Shown: piece after piece, positions 11,539 through 23,600 of the stretch
Position numbering within the stretch: position 1 is the first letter of the stretch
Layout: each line of letters starts with the position of its first letter
Source: Octopus sinensis
Taxonomy: Eukaryota
Direction of reading: 5' to 3'
Assembly (NCBI RefSeq): GCF_006345805.1
Contig: NC_043024.1
Span: 19,406,001 to 19,470,000, forward strand
Length of the DNA stretch: 64,000 nt
Made by a program: the position numbers and the translations under genes
The notes under the pieces: model-generated
The model's input: only the letters and a program-made list of their open reading frames with translations
The model's database searches: none
Told to the model about the DNA's origin: nothing

Positions 11539-12392
11539 TGTATGGAATGGTTAACCATTTATCTCTTCAACAGCAAGACACCTGTTTTGGTTCCTCTGTT
11601 TCTCTTTAACCTCTCATCACCTGACACAAAGCCACCTTCTCCAAAGCTTCCCCACCCCACCACTCAAAGGATCTTTGTATTGCAACTTACTTGCTAACCC
11701 CAACAGTAATGGGGTCACATAAAAAGCATCCAGACCACACTGTAAAGTGTTCAGTATTTGGAAGGGCATCCAGCTGTAAAAAACCTTTCCAAAACGGGCC
11801 CCTTGCCAGTACTGGTGCCTCATAAAATTTTTTTTTGTTTGTTCCTTCTCGAGCCATGCCTGGCTCATAAGGGCCGGTTTCCCGGTTTCATTGGCGTATA
11901 GGTTCCTCAAAGGAAACACGCAATGAGTTGAAACAGGGGCAGCTGAAGGAGGGGAATGTTCTTTGTATTGTTTGTCTTTTACTCTGTTTTTTCGTTGTTA
12001 AAAAAAGTCTGTTTCCTTGGTTTTGTGTTTATGTTTTCGTTTCTCGTTGTGTTCTACGTTTATTTGTGGTGTCCTGTACTCATATATGCATGTATATATA
12101 CATATAGATATAGGTATGTACATATATGGATGTATGCATATGTTTTATTTATTAAATTGTTATTAAGAGATCGAACGCCACACGTCGTCTTCTTCCAAGT
12201 AAGTTTTGTATATATATACATATATATATAGTATATTTGTCATCTAAATGTAGCTAACCACTAAGGGTGGATGCTAATGTAGCTTGTAGCCCCAGGAAAA
12301 CATCTTCTCTAGCTGGCTGTTGACACACTTTCTCTGCTCTATCAGTATTTGCAAAGAGAAGCCATCCTTCCCATCGTCGACCTGACATGATA

Positions 12393-12437
12393 CATATGGA
12401 CCCGGGTTTCTGGGTATTTACCCGTCGTCAGCGTACG
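12393..12437 (-). ncRNA. Minimal type-I hammerhead ribozyme, core intact
   Basis: CGUACG CUGACGA CGGGU AAAU ACCCA GAA ACCCGGGU C|CAUAUG. Confidence 0.75.
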
Positions 12438-12816
12438 ACAATCACTGGTCTTCGATGCAAAGGGGTCCCAATGCAAATACATATATCCTTTTTCCAGTGA
12501 TGAAAGTCACTGATCTTGAAAAAGTGTAAACAAGCAATAATAAATCTCTGAACGAGGTATAAACTGTAGCTGCATGACAATGTGAAGTATATTTGCCACC
12601 TAGGGGCTACAAGCTATAGTAGCATCCACCCTTAGTGGTTAGCCACATTTAAGTGGCAAATATGCTTCATGATGTCATGCAGCTACTGTTTATGCCTTGC
12701 TCAGAGATTTATTATTGCTTGTTTACACTTTTTCAATATCAGTGACTTTTCGTCACTGGAAAAAGGATATAAATTTGCAAAGGAAGGCCTACATTTCATC
12801 GACAACCGCTGATTGT

Positions 12817-12861
12817 CACACGCTGATGATGGGTCAGTACCCAGGAACTCGAGTCCGTGTG
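12817..12861 (+). ncRNA. Minimal type-I hammerhead ribozyme, A13G core mutation
   Basis: CACACG CUGAUGA UGGGU CAGU ACCCA GGA ACUCGAGU C|CGUGUG; perfect 6-bp helix I. Confidence 0.7.
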
Positions 12862-14237
12862 TATCATAGGTTGAAGACAGGAAGGATGACTTCCCTTTGC
12901 AAATACTGATAGGGCACATAAAGTGTGTCAATAGCCAGCTGGAGGATGTGTCCACCTGGGGCTACAAGCTACAGTAGCATCCACCCTTAGTGGTTAGCCA
13001 CATTTAAGTGACAAAAATACTTCACATTGTCGTGCAGCTACTGTCTATACCTCATTCAGAGATTTATTATTGCTTATATATATCTATATATATATGCATA
13101 CATGCATGCACACACACACTCACACAAATTTACATACGTACACATATATATATATATTTACCTTGCATAGAATACATTGCATAATGGACCAAGCTGATTT
13201 TGTCACACACTAGAGGACCGACCAAAACTGGGAGAAACAAAAGCATTAAAAGAAAACACAAACCTTCGAAAGAATTTATTTACCGAAAATAGTTTGCGGC
13301 AGAATTTTCTTCTGTACACCGTGATATTTAGAGACTTTCATTGCTATCTTTATTTCAAATATAGATACGTTTATCAATATAGACACAATCATAGATAACA
13401 AAGGAAAACACAAAAATGGCAACAAGAGAATTTTGTGATAAGACTGTCTTGGAGTATAGGATATTGGAAAAAAGATCAAAAAAATAAATATATCATATCA
13501 GTGCTTTGGTATCATTGAAGAACTGATGTTTATTCTTACTGTTGTTGTTGTTGTTATTTAACCATTGGTCAAACTTCCTTGAACAAATCTATCATCAAAC
13601 ACATTCCAGATGAGACCATCACCATAGGAAAACGGTAATCAATATTTTTTCCATTTTAAACGAATAATGTAGGGTGTGATTATACAGAGATTTGGTTGAT
13701 ATTTTTAGCAAATTAAATAACTAGATTGAGGCTTTCTGTGGTTGCTGTTGTTACTGTTTAACCCTGGGCCAAACTTATGATCAAAAATATTCCAGATGTG
13801 CCATGGCTGTGTGGTAAGAAGCTTGTTTTCCAGCCTCATGTGTTCAGGTTCAGTTCCACTGTGTGACACCTTGGGCAAGTGTTTTCTATTATAGCCTTAG
13901 GCTAGCCAAAGCTTTGTGAGTGGATTTGGTAAATGGAAACTGAAAGAAGCCCATACTATATAATATATATATATATATATATAATTATAAAAAAACACCT
14001 TTTATCAATTCAATACTGAAAAATTAAATTATACCATTTAGAAAAATTACATCTTATAGAAAGATTAAATATAAGATAAAACATATAACAATGATTAAAT
14101 ATGTGCAAAATAATATATATATTATATTATATTTTGTGAAATTTGATTTAGTATTTCTAAATTGAATTTTTCCCTGTAAGTTTGGAATCATATTCCCTAA
14201 TATTATTATTATATATATAAATTTTGAGAGTCAACAA

Positions 14238-14274
14238 CTATTGAAAAGGTTGCAAGATGCAACGAAAATTTTAG
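14238..14274 (+). ncRNA. Decayed hammerhead-like motif
   Basis: CUA UUGAAAA G GUUGC AAGAU GCAAC GAA AAUU U|UAG; two transitions away from CUGAAGA. Confidence 0.3.
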
Positions 14275-14734
14275 AAAAATAAATAAGTAAATAAATGTAA
14301 ACTTTCCGATGTATCTTTCCTTTTTATAAGAATAATGTACTTAAGGATAATGTTACTTAATGGTGATTTGACTGCTGTTTCTAGCAGGTTAAATGATGAA
14401 ATAGAAGCTCACTTTAGTCATTGATGTTTTGTTTTGATTTAATCCCAGGTCAAATCTATCATCAAAAAATATTCTATCTGTGACCATCCCCACTGCTTTA
14501 AGTATATCCATCTTGGACTACATTAACTAACGTGTCTTTCTTTTTTTATAAGACAGTAAGGTGTAATTTTTATGGAGATTTGGCTGTTATTTCTAGCAGG
14601 TTAAATGACCAAGTAGAGACTTCCTATTGTATTTTAGTTTGCAGTTCAATCTTTAAATGCGATGTTGAGGGGACAAACACAGACACACAAACATATACAC
14701 ACACATACATATATATATATCACATGATCACACA

Positions 14735-15040
14735 TGACCGACCAGGCTATCAGATGTTGCTACACATCGCTGGTCACAATGCGCTTCGCATTGTTTTAGC
14801 CTTCAAATGACGCCACCCCACTGGCTAAGTGAGTAGGCCAACAGAAGAAAGAGTGAGAGAAAGTTGTGGCGAAAGAGTACAGCAGGGATCATCATCCCCT
14901 GCCAGAGCGTCGTGGAGCTTTTAGGTGTTTTCGCTCAATAAATACTCACAATGCCCGGTCTGGGAATCGAAACCACGATCCTACGACCACGAGTTTGCTG
15001 CGCTAACCACTGGGCCATTGCGCCATTGTGGAGGTGCAAA
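14735..15040 (-). mobile_element. SINE family B, tail variant 2
   Basis: Same head as 5335-5716, different 3' part; same as 42672-42965. Confidence 0.85.
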
Positions 15041-15070
15041 TATATATATATATATATTATATATATATAT

Positions 15071-15101
<31 letters not shown>

Positions 15102-15104
15102 CAT

Positions 15105-15381
15105 ATCTGGCCCCGTGTCGGTGGCACGTAAAAGCACCATCCGTTCGTGGCCATTGTGCCAGCTCTGTCTGGCACCTGTGCAGGTGCCAGACATAAAAAA
15201 CACCCACTACACTCGCGGAGTGGTTGGCGTTAGGAAGGGCATCCAGCCGTAGAAACACTGCCAAATCTGACTGGGCCTGATGAAGCCTTCCGGCTTCACA
15301 GACCCCAGTTAAACCGTCCAACCCATGCTAGCATGGAAAACGGACGCTAAATGATGTTGATGATGATGATGATGATGATGA
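15105..15381 (+). mobile_element. RTE LINE family 1, 3' UTR fragment with (GAT)n tail
   Basis: GGTTGGCGTTAGGAAGGGCATCCAGC...CATGGAAAACGGACGCTAAATGATG. Confidence 0.85.
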
Positions 15382-16030
15382 TATATATACTTTTTGGTAA
15401 AGTGGACAAAGAAGATGGATGAATGGACGGATGGGTGGATGGATGGATGGTTGAAGAGTTTAGTAAGATAACTTTGTCTTTATTAAGCTGGTGTTTGAAA
15501 CAGGAAATTCTGATAGAAGATTTTTTTAAAGTCACTTTAAAATGAGGAGTTTGTATCACAGAACCAAGGTAGTCTTAGGCATGAAAAGACTCAACCCTTT
15601 TGTTATCATGCTTCTGTTGAAATACTTTGCCTTTATTATAATCAGTTTTTCAAAATTATGAAGAATTTTGTAAAATAACTTGGTCATTATTAAGCTGGTG
15701 TTTGGGATATAAATTAGCAAGCAATTTTTAAGGGAAGGTTTGAATTTAGAGGACTTTAAAAAAAAATTTTCTTGTAGAATCAGTGGCAGTTTCCAGGGGA
15801 TTTTACCCAAGAATTACATTTTTCATGAAGCAAGATTATCTTTAATCTAAGAAATACACTGCTCTTGTTTCAATAAATTTATAAAATCATGAATAATTTA
15901 GTAAAAAAAATTTTGTCATTATTGTTATATTTTTGGGGTGGTCATTTTTTTCCTTTTGCCAAATAAACACATACACTAAAGCAAAATGAAGAAAGAAAAA
16001 TGACCTGTGGAAGGATCATTAAAATATAAT

Positions 16031-16196
16031 AGGTGCAGGAGTGGCTGTGTGGTAAGTAGCTTGCTAACCAACCACATGGTTCCAGGTTCAGTCCCACTGC
16101 GTGGCATCTTGGGCAAGTGTCTTCTGCTATAGCCCCGGGCCAACCAAAGCCTTGTGAGTGGATTTGGTAGATGGAAACTGAAAGAAGCCTGTCGTA

Positions 16197-16270
<74 letters not shown>

Positions 16271-16476
16271 ATGTGTTTGACCCCCTAGCATTGCTTGACA
16301 ACCGATGCTGGTGTGTTACGTCCCCGTCACTTAGCGGTTCGGCAAAAGAGAAAGATAGAATAAGTACTGAGCTTACAAAAAAGAATAAGTCCCGGGGTCG
16401 ATTTGCTCGACTAAAGGCGGTGCTCCAGCATGGCCGCAGTCAAATGGCTGAAACAAGTAAAAGAGTAAAAAGAGAG
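16031..16476 (+). mobile_element. Full-length SINE family A copy
   Basis: Head, microsatellite and tail present. Confidence 0.9.
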
Positions 16477-16613
16477 ATTTCTGAAATCTGACAATACCTG
16501 TTAAAACACACCTTTTTCCCATCAGGAATCTTGCAAAACAAATGCATCACTTTAAGAATTCTTATCAGCGAATGAAAGGTGGTCTTTAGCCAGATTGCTA
16601 TAGAAACGGTTAA

Positions 16614-16963
16614 CCCTTATATTACCATATTTCTGCTCAAAAACACTGTCTTTGTTTCTGTCAATTTTGAAACTAGTGAAAATTCTAGTGAAAATAATTC
16701 TGTCCTTATCAATCTTTTAATTACCATAATTCTGTTGAAATTCAAAATATTTGTTCAAATTAATTTTTAATTTAATGAAGAATTTAGTAAAATAACGTTG
16801 TCATTGTTGTTATGAAGCTGGTGTTTGTAACGTAAAATAACAGGAAATTTTGATGGCAGGTGTTAATTTAGATCAGTTTTGAAACGGTAATTATGTTTTA
16901 TAGAACCAGGAACAATCTCAGGTGAAACCAAGGACAGTCCTATTCAGGCTGGTAGGAAAAGGT
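16614..16963. mobile_element. piggyBac-like non-autonomous element (related fragments at 15440-15830)
   Basis: TTAA at 16610-16613 followed by CCCTT; AAGGT then TTAA at 16964-16967; internal sequence homologous to 15590-15760. Confidence 0.55.
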
Positions 16964-16999
16964 TTAAACCCTCTATATTTCTTTTGAAATAAGTAAACA

Positions 17000-17002
<3 letters not shown>

Positions 17003-17070
<68 letters not shown>

Positions 17071-17100
17071 TTGTTTGTCTGTCTGTCTGTCTGTATGTCT
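17003..17100. repeat. (TCTA)n/(TCTG)n microsatellite
   Basis: Direct inspection. Confidence 0.95.
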
Positions 17101-17116
17101 GTCTCTATATATATAT

Positions 17117-17279
17117 AGACATAGGAGTGGCTGTGTGGTAAGTAGCTTGTTTACCAACCACATGGTTCCGGGTTCAGTCCCATGTGTGACAACTTGGGCA
17201 AGTGTCTTCTACTATAGCCTCGGGCTGGCCAAAGCCTTGTGAGTTGATTTGGTAGACAGAGACTGAAAGAAGCCCGTCG

Positions 17280-17310
<31 letters not shown>

Positions 17311-17530
17311 GTATGTGTGTGTATATGTTTGTGTGTGTATGTGTTTGTCCCCCAAAATCGCTTGAGAACCGAAGCTGGTGTGTTTAAGTCCCCGTAAATT
17401 AGCAGTTCAGCAAAAGAGACCGATAGAATAAGTACTAGGCTTACAAAGAATAAGTCCTAGGGTTGATTTGCTCGACTAAAGGTGGTGCTCCAGCATGACC
17501 ACAGTCAAATGACTGAAACAAGTAAAAGAG

Positions 17531-17531
<1 letters not shown>
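17117..17531 (+). mobile_element. Full-length SINE family A copy
   Basis: Head, microsatellite and tail present. Confidence 0.9.
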
Positions 17532-17572
<41 letters not shown>

Positions 17573-17777
17573 ATAGAGTTATTAGTAAGGAATTATCAAT
17601 CTGGGCAAAATGCTTTATAAGCTCTCTGTTAGTACACCTGGCTAATAATATTGATAAGATTAGTAGAGAACTCTGCGTATTCTTGTGACTGGTTATAGCT
17701 GACCACCATTCTATAATTTTTAAATCTATGGTTATGCTCCTGTTAGACTAAGAATGCCAACTTTTCTTTAGCATTTA

Positions 17778-18169
17778 CTAGCAGTATTGCCCGGCATTGC
17801 TCGGGTTTGTTTCAACCCTTTAGAATTGGAATTTTTGAAAAGTAAAAATTTTGCATTAGGTAGCTTGTTATTCTCTTTAAGTGAACATTTTTCTGGTTGA
17901 AATGCACCGAAAAATGGTGACACAGCAGTCAAAAAATCGTAAAAAATAGGGATTTTCATAGAAAAAAAGCACCTTTTTGATGTAAGTAATTTTTGGTGTT
18001 AACATGGTCCAATTTGAATTTTATCTTCTAAGGAATGAAGAGCAAGCCTTCTTCTATCATACTCTCAATTTTGGTCAACTTACACCACAGGGTCTCGAAG
18101 GAGATAGTGTTAGTTGAAGGCTACCAAACCTGCCATACACAGACAACTTCAGCTTTATATGTACAGAGA
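17778..18169 (-). mobile_element. Non-autonomous Helitron (392 bp)
   Basis: Minus strand reads A|TCTCTGTACATATAAAG...CCCGAGCAATGCCGGGCAATACTGCTAG|T: 5'-TC, subterminal CCCG/CGGG hairpin, 3'-CTAG, inserted at an AT site. Confidence 0.8.
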
Positions 18170-18383
18170 TTTGTAAAATGGCTTCAAAAATGGTATCAAA
18201 GTTCACTGACAAAATTCTGTTTTTAAAGAAATTGAGAGGCACCAGAATATTTTTTTCTCAATCAGCAGGTTATAGTTTCATACTATATTACAAATAACTG
18301 TTTAAGTGAAGCTGACAGTTCTTATGTATTTTTGAATGGTTAGGTACAAATGGAATTCTTACCCAAATAAGTTGCACTTCATA

Positions 18384-18467
18384 TTCAAGGCTCTGATGAA
18401 GCTATAAGGTGTTATTCAGCTATGATTCCACTGCATCTTATAGCAGAAACAGCTGTAAGCTATTGAA
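18384..18467 (+). ncRNA. Type-I hammerhead ribozyme with long helix II, core intact
   Basis: UUCAAGGCU CUGAUGA A GCUAUAAG [28 nt] CUUAUAGC A GAA ACAGCUGU A|AGCU A UUGAA. Confidence 0.8.
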
Positions 18468-18527
18468 GTTCATATGATAATCATTTATTCCTATGTCATC
18501 TTGCTTTTTATACATATGTATGTATGT

Positions 18528-18780
18528 TGTGGAGGCGTGTGGCCTAGTGGTAAGGGTGTCAGCACCATGATCGTAAGATTGTGGTTTTGATTCCTGGACT
18601 GGGCGACGTGTTGTGTTCTTGAGCAAAACACTTCATTTCACGTTGCTCGAGTCCTCTCATCAGGCAAAAATGAGTAACGCTTCGATGGACTGGCGTCCCG
18701 TCCAGCTGGGGAACACATACGCCATAGAAACCGGAAAACTGGGCCCGTGAGCCTAGTTAGGCTTGAAAAGGGCGCATTTT
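18528..18780 (+). mobile_element. SINE family C
   Basis: Same head, CORE-like domain and tail as 4887-5139. Confidence 0.85.
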
Positions 18781-19959
18781 ATTATTATTATTATTATGTA
18801 TGTATGTATGTATTATGTATGTATGTATGTATATCTGTATGTATGTATGTATGTCTATTTGTTTGTCCGTCTGTCCTCTACAGCAAAACTCCTTCTTCTG
18901 TCCACCTGTCTCACTCTAACCTCTCATCATCTGGCACAAGGCTACCTCCTCCAATGCCCACCTTTCTCTCAAAGGCTCTTTGTCTTGCCAGTTATTTCGT
19001 GACCCTGTCAGTGCTAGGGGCCACTTAAAAAACATCCAGTCCACACTGTAAAGTGGTTGGCATTTGGAAGGGCCACTGATGTTATCCAAGAGAAAGGCAA
19101 AGGCCAATACACCACTCATTTCTACAGTTGAGTGAACTGGAGCAAAGGGAAATAAAGTGTCTTGCTCAAGAACATAGCCTGGTCCAAGAATTGAACTCAT
19201 TACTTCATGATTGTGAGCCTGACGCTCTAACCACTGAGCCATGCATCTCCACGAAGTGTAACAATTATGATGTTTCATTCAAGTAGCTAACACATCACAT
19301 CTATCATGAGTGTGAACTGATAATGTTTCTTTTATAAATTACGCTGTTAAGATATCGTGTTTCCTGTCTTTTATGTCTTGGAAAGAATTATGTAATGCAC
19401 ACAGCTTTCAAAAGGATTGAAACCATACCACTGCATTCAAACATCTATTGTTTTCATCCGATCAATAATTTTTTCTTTTTTTTTTTTTGCACGACCAAAC
19501 TGTTTTCTAAACAATTTTTAAACCATGTAACATGAAATAACTTGGTTTGTTTAGAGAAACAATATATTTTAATTGGAAACTATTTTTTCTACTAAACACG
19601 CATTGAAAAAAAATGTTTCAGTTATTTCAAGAGGAAAAAATAAATAAATAATCAAAATAACAAAGGAATTCTTTGTCAGCTGTTTTGGTATTAATATTGG
19701 GAAAACTCAAAGCGAAATCTTTAATAAATTTAATAGATCAATATTGTCTCCCAACAAAGAAATATTTCTTTTATAGTCTAAGGCATGGTGTTTGGTTAAG
19801 AAATTCACTTGCTAACGACTTGGTTTTTGGTTCAGGCCTATGGTGTGGCAATGGGATTGAACTGGGAACTATATGTAAGTCCTAAACTTATTTTGAGGGA
19901 AATTCAAATTACTCACAGAAAACAGTAGATCTTCCAGTTTTTTTACAGTTGTTTATCAG

Positions 19960-20408
19960 TAGAACCCGCATGGTTCTTGGTCTCAAGTATTTGTCTTATG
20001 AAGAAAGGGCTGAAGACGCTCGACCTTTATTCTCTAGAAAAACGACGATGCCGTGGTGACCTCATTCTTGCTCACAACATCATAAGCGGAAAGTGTAACC
20101 TCTCAAAAGAGCTGTTCTTCACTCCTGCTCCAGAACGTTGGCTGTGGGATCACTCCGAAAAGCTCTATCTGCGACAATTTCATCTCAATCGAAGGAGAGG
20201 GGCTTTCTAAGTCCGGATTGCGGATCCATGGAATAAGCTGCCGGACGAGATAGTAAAGATACTGACGACCGCTCGTTCAAAGTCTCTCTCGACCAGAAAT
20301 GGCCTGAACCCTTTGCATGAACACCCTCCCTGCACATAACTCCATGTCCCCCTACATGGCCTCGCTTTTTGCTTTTTGAGCCAAAAAATTAACTTAACTT
20401 AACTTATA
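19960..20408 (+). mobile_element. 3' fragment of a CR1-clade LINE with (AACTT)n tail
   Basis: YEE..LKTLDLYSLEKRRCRGDLILAHNIISG...HSEKL...RRGAF..R...WNKLP matches the CR1 ORF2 C-terminus; ends TTAACTTAACTTAACTT. Confidence 0.85.
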
Positions 20409-20714
20409 TGTTTGGGAAGCAAATGTTCCAACCACACATCCACATCTAAACTATAAATATATTAAAAGCTAAAAACAAAGAAAATAAAAGATGTGTTTGC
20501 AGAATTCTGTAAATGATTCAGAGAGCATCAAGTGTGTTCTTATGCATTTGTACATAATGACTGTTTGTTGTGTGCTGCCCAGGGGCATATGGAAGAGAAA
20601 CTCGACTTAACTTGGACTGTAATACCTTCTACCATCTTATGCTCATTAAAAATGGTGGAAGAGCCGAGAAATTTCCGATTTATTCATCCTAGATGTTTTA
20701 TTTATATATTAATA

Positions 20715-20919
20715 TATATATATATACATACACATAAATACATATATATATATATATAGATAGATAGATAAATATAGATATATATATACATACAATATAT
20801 GCATATTTAAATATATGCATAAATATATATATGCATATATATATATGCATATATATATGTGTGTATATATACATACATATATATATGCATATATATATAT
20901 GTGTATATATACATACATT

Positions 20920-20981
<62 letters not shown>

Positions 20982-21105
20982 TTGATAATTAAATAGATAG
21001 ATAGATACATATACATATATATATACACACACACATATATACATATATGCGTGTGTGTGTATACACATTCAGACAAACACACACACACACACACACGTGC
21101 GGACA
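20715..21105. repeat. Compound TA/TAGA/GA/CA microsatellite
   Basis: Direct inspection. Confidence 0.95.
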
Positions 21106-21522
21106 CACATATTATTGCACTTGATGTTAGTTTGGACTGGAGAGTTTATTACGTTCCATTCCAGAAAAGTTTGTAGATTATCAACTCAATTTTCAGAGGA
21201 AACACTTTTATTCTCTTGTAAAGAAAACTAAAAATAAAAAAAAAAGACACCTAATTTTTCTTAACTTTTTTTTTCTGCTTATGGTTGTATTTCTACCCTT
21301 AACTTGGCAAAAAGCCATAACAACAATGATACAGAAAACCTGTTAATGACAGCAAAGGTAAAAGTTACACATGCTAAGCCACTTAGCTTTCCTTTTTTTA
21401 CTATCTTACTTTATTTATCGGGACAAACTTGCACTTAACTTATGATATTTCCTTCACAAGAAACCAAAGATGTTGGCTATTGTGTTGGAGTGAAAGACCA
21501 TATTGGATGGACATGCAGATAG

Positions 21523-21617
21523 TTCTTCGGAAATCTCTTGTTAACACATCCTGGTAAAGTATCAATAGAATTTAACGAGCATGAGGTTAAGTATAAAATC
21601 AGGATGGAATCTCAGCG
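21523..21617 (+). CDS. Weak candidate internal exon (FFGNLLLTHPGKVSIEFNEHEVKYKIRMESQR)
   Basis: Perfect donor G|GTAAGT at 21618 and unique non-repeat sequence; acceptor lacks a pyrimidine tract; no recognisable homology. Confidence 0.2.
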
Positions 21618-21811
21618 GTAAGTAATTCAATACATTAATGGAAATTGTAAGTTGGATATTTTTGAGAAATTTAAGAAATACTAATGCATGAAAACGCACA
21701 GGTAACTACAGGTGGTTGTTTAATTCTGGATGCTGGTTGTTCTGTCATTGTTGTTTACATCTGAGTTGATATTGATCCACTACAGGTTTGTGGTCAAAGG
21801 TATTCCAACCA

Positions 21812-22955
21812 GGATAAGAACCGTTAGCACGCGGGGCGAAATGCTTTGTGGTATTTCGTCTGCCGCTGCATTCTGAGTTCAAATTCCGCCGAGGTCGACT
21901 TTGCCTTTCATCTATTCAGGGTCGATAAATAAAGTACCAGTTACACACTGGGGTTGATATAATCGACTTAATCCGTTTCTCTGTCCTTGTTTGTCCCTTC
22001 TATGTTTAGCCCCTTGTGGGTAGTAAAGAAATAGAAATAGGTATTTCGTCTGACTTTACGTTCTGAGTTCAAATTCCACTGAGGTCGACTTTGCCTTTCA
22101 TCCTTTCGAGGTCAATAAATTAAGTACCAGTTATGCACTGGAGTCGATGTAATTGACTTAATCCGTTTGTCTGTCCTTGTTTGTCCCTTCTATGTTTAGC
22201 CCCTTGTGGGTAGTAAAGAAATAGAAATAGGTATTTCGTCTGACTTTACGTTCTGAGTTCAAATTCTGCTGAGGTCGACTTTGCCTTTCATCCTTTCGAG
22301 GTCAATAAATTAAGTACCAGTTATGCACTGGAGTCGATGTAATTGACTTAATCCGTTTGTCTGTCCTTGTTTGTCCCTTCTATGTTTAGCCCCTTGTGGG
22401 TAGTAAAGAAATAGAAATAGGTATTTCGTCTGACTTTACGTTCTGAGTTCAAATTCTGCTGAGGTCGACTTTGCCTTTCATCCTTTCGGGGTTGATAAAT
22501 TAAGTACCAGTTACGCACTGGGGTCGATATAATCAACTTAATCTGTTTCTCTGTCCTTGTTTGTCCTCTCTGTGTTTAGCCCCTAGTGGGTAGTAAAGAA
22601 ATAGGTATTTCATTTGTTGTTACGGTCTGAGTTCAAATTCCGCCGAGGTCAATTCATCCTTTCGGGATCAATTAAATAAGTACCAGTTATGCACTGGGGT
22701 CGATATAATTGACTTAATCACTTTGTCTGTCCTTGTTTGTCTTCTCTGTGTTTAGCCCCTTATGGGTAGTAAAGAAATAGGTATTTCATTTGTTGTTACG
22801 GTCTGAGTTCAAATTCCGCCGAGGTCAATTCATCCTTTCGGGATCAATTAAATAAGTACCAGTTATGCACTGGGGTCGATATAATTGACTTAATCACTTT
22901 GTCTGTCCTTGTTTGTCTTCTCTGTGTTTAGCCCCTTATGGGTAGTAAAGAAATA
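21812..22955 (+). repeat. Six-unit tandem array of SINE family D (190,190,190,184,176,176 bp) bounded by a 13-bp TSD
   Basis: GGTATTTC starts at 21850, 22040, 22230, 22420, 22604 and 22780; GGTATTCCAACCA at 21799-21811 and 22956-22968; central GTCGACTTTGCCTTTCATCCTTTCGGGGTCGATAAA..AGTACCAG resembles the Meta/Sauria SINE domain (from memory). Confidence 0.9.
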
Positions 22956-23479
22956 GGTATTCCAACCATGATCATTCTGTCCTTTTTATCTTTATTTTTT
23001 CATCTTTTACTTGCTTCAATCATTGGACTGCAGCCATGCTGGGGCACCACCTTGAAGAATTTTACTCTAATGAATCAACAAACAGTACTTATTTTCTTTT
23101 TTTCTTTGAGCCTGATATTTATTCTATTGGTCACTTTTGCCCCCATCCCCCACCCCACTAAGTCAGAATGACATAAACACACCAACAGCAGTTGTCAAGC
23201 AGTGGTGCGGGACAAACATACACACACACATACACACATGTATATGTATACAACAAGCATTTTTTCAGTTTTGGTCTACCAAATCCATTCACAAGGCTTT
23301 GGTCAGCCCGAGGCTATAGGAGAAGACAGAAGAGGTGCTCCAGCATGGCCACAGTCAAATGACTGAAACAAGTAAAAGAGTATATGGAGGAGGTACCTTG
23401 GAATTCTACCCTCATGATTCTCCCAGAAATAGTGGATGTAGAAAATGGCTGCATGAGTAAAGATATTTATATGCATACG

Positions 23480-23600
23480 AGCTGAGCTAATTAGCAGGAG
23501 ACCCAGTGATAGACAAAGAACGAAATGGTTGGACGATGTCCATAGTCACAGTTGGTCACACTCTGGAATCAAGGTGGAAAGGTTAATGACTTTTACTTTT
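23480..23600 (+). mobile_element. Very old RTE-like ORF2 C-terminal remnant
   Basis: Translates as RRPSDRQRTKWLDDVHSHSWSHSGI, similar to the RTE R.RGRPRTRW.D..W..LGI motif. Confidence 0.35.

Larger units (their letters stand above)
12236..13075. mobile_element. Retrozyme/Penelope-pLTR-like 355-bp repeat: inverted copy (12236-12598, -) abutting about 1.3 direct copies (12600-13075, +)
   Basis: GGGGCTACAAGCTAYAGTAGCATCCACCCTTAGTGGTTAGCCAC recurs at 12603 and 12958 (355-bp period) and as a reverse complement at ~12250-12295; each full unit carries one HHR motif. Confidence 0.75.

Noticed and set aside
15275-15300. CUGAUGA followed by an AGCC/GGCU stem
   Set aside because: No GAA or helix III; a chance variant within the RTE 3' UTR
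17628-17730. Minus-strand 102-nt exon-like segment
   Set aside because: Two frames are open and the donor is weak (GTGTAC); not distinguishable from chance
21812-22955. CRISPR-like appearance of regularly spaced repeats (also 63.0-63.9 kb and 58.87-58.97 kb)
   Set aside because: No unique spacers, no cas genes, eukaryotic context; units are SINE, LINE or terminal-repeat derived
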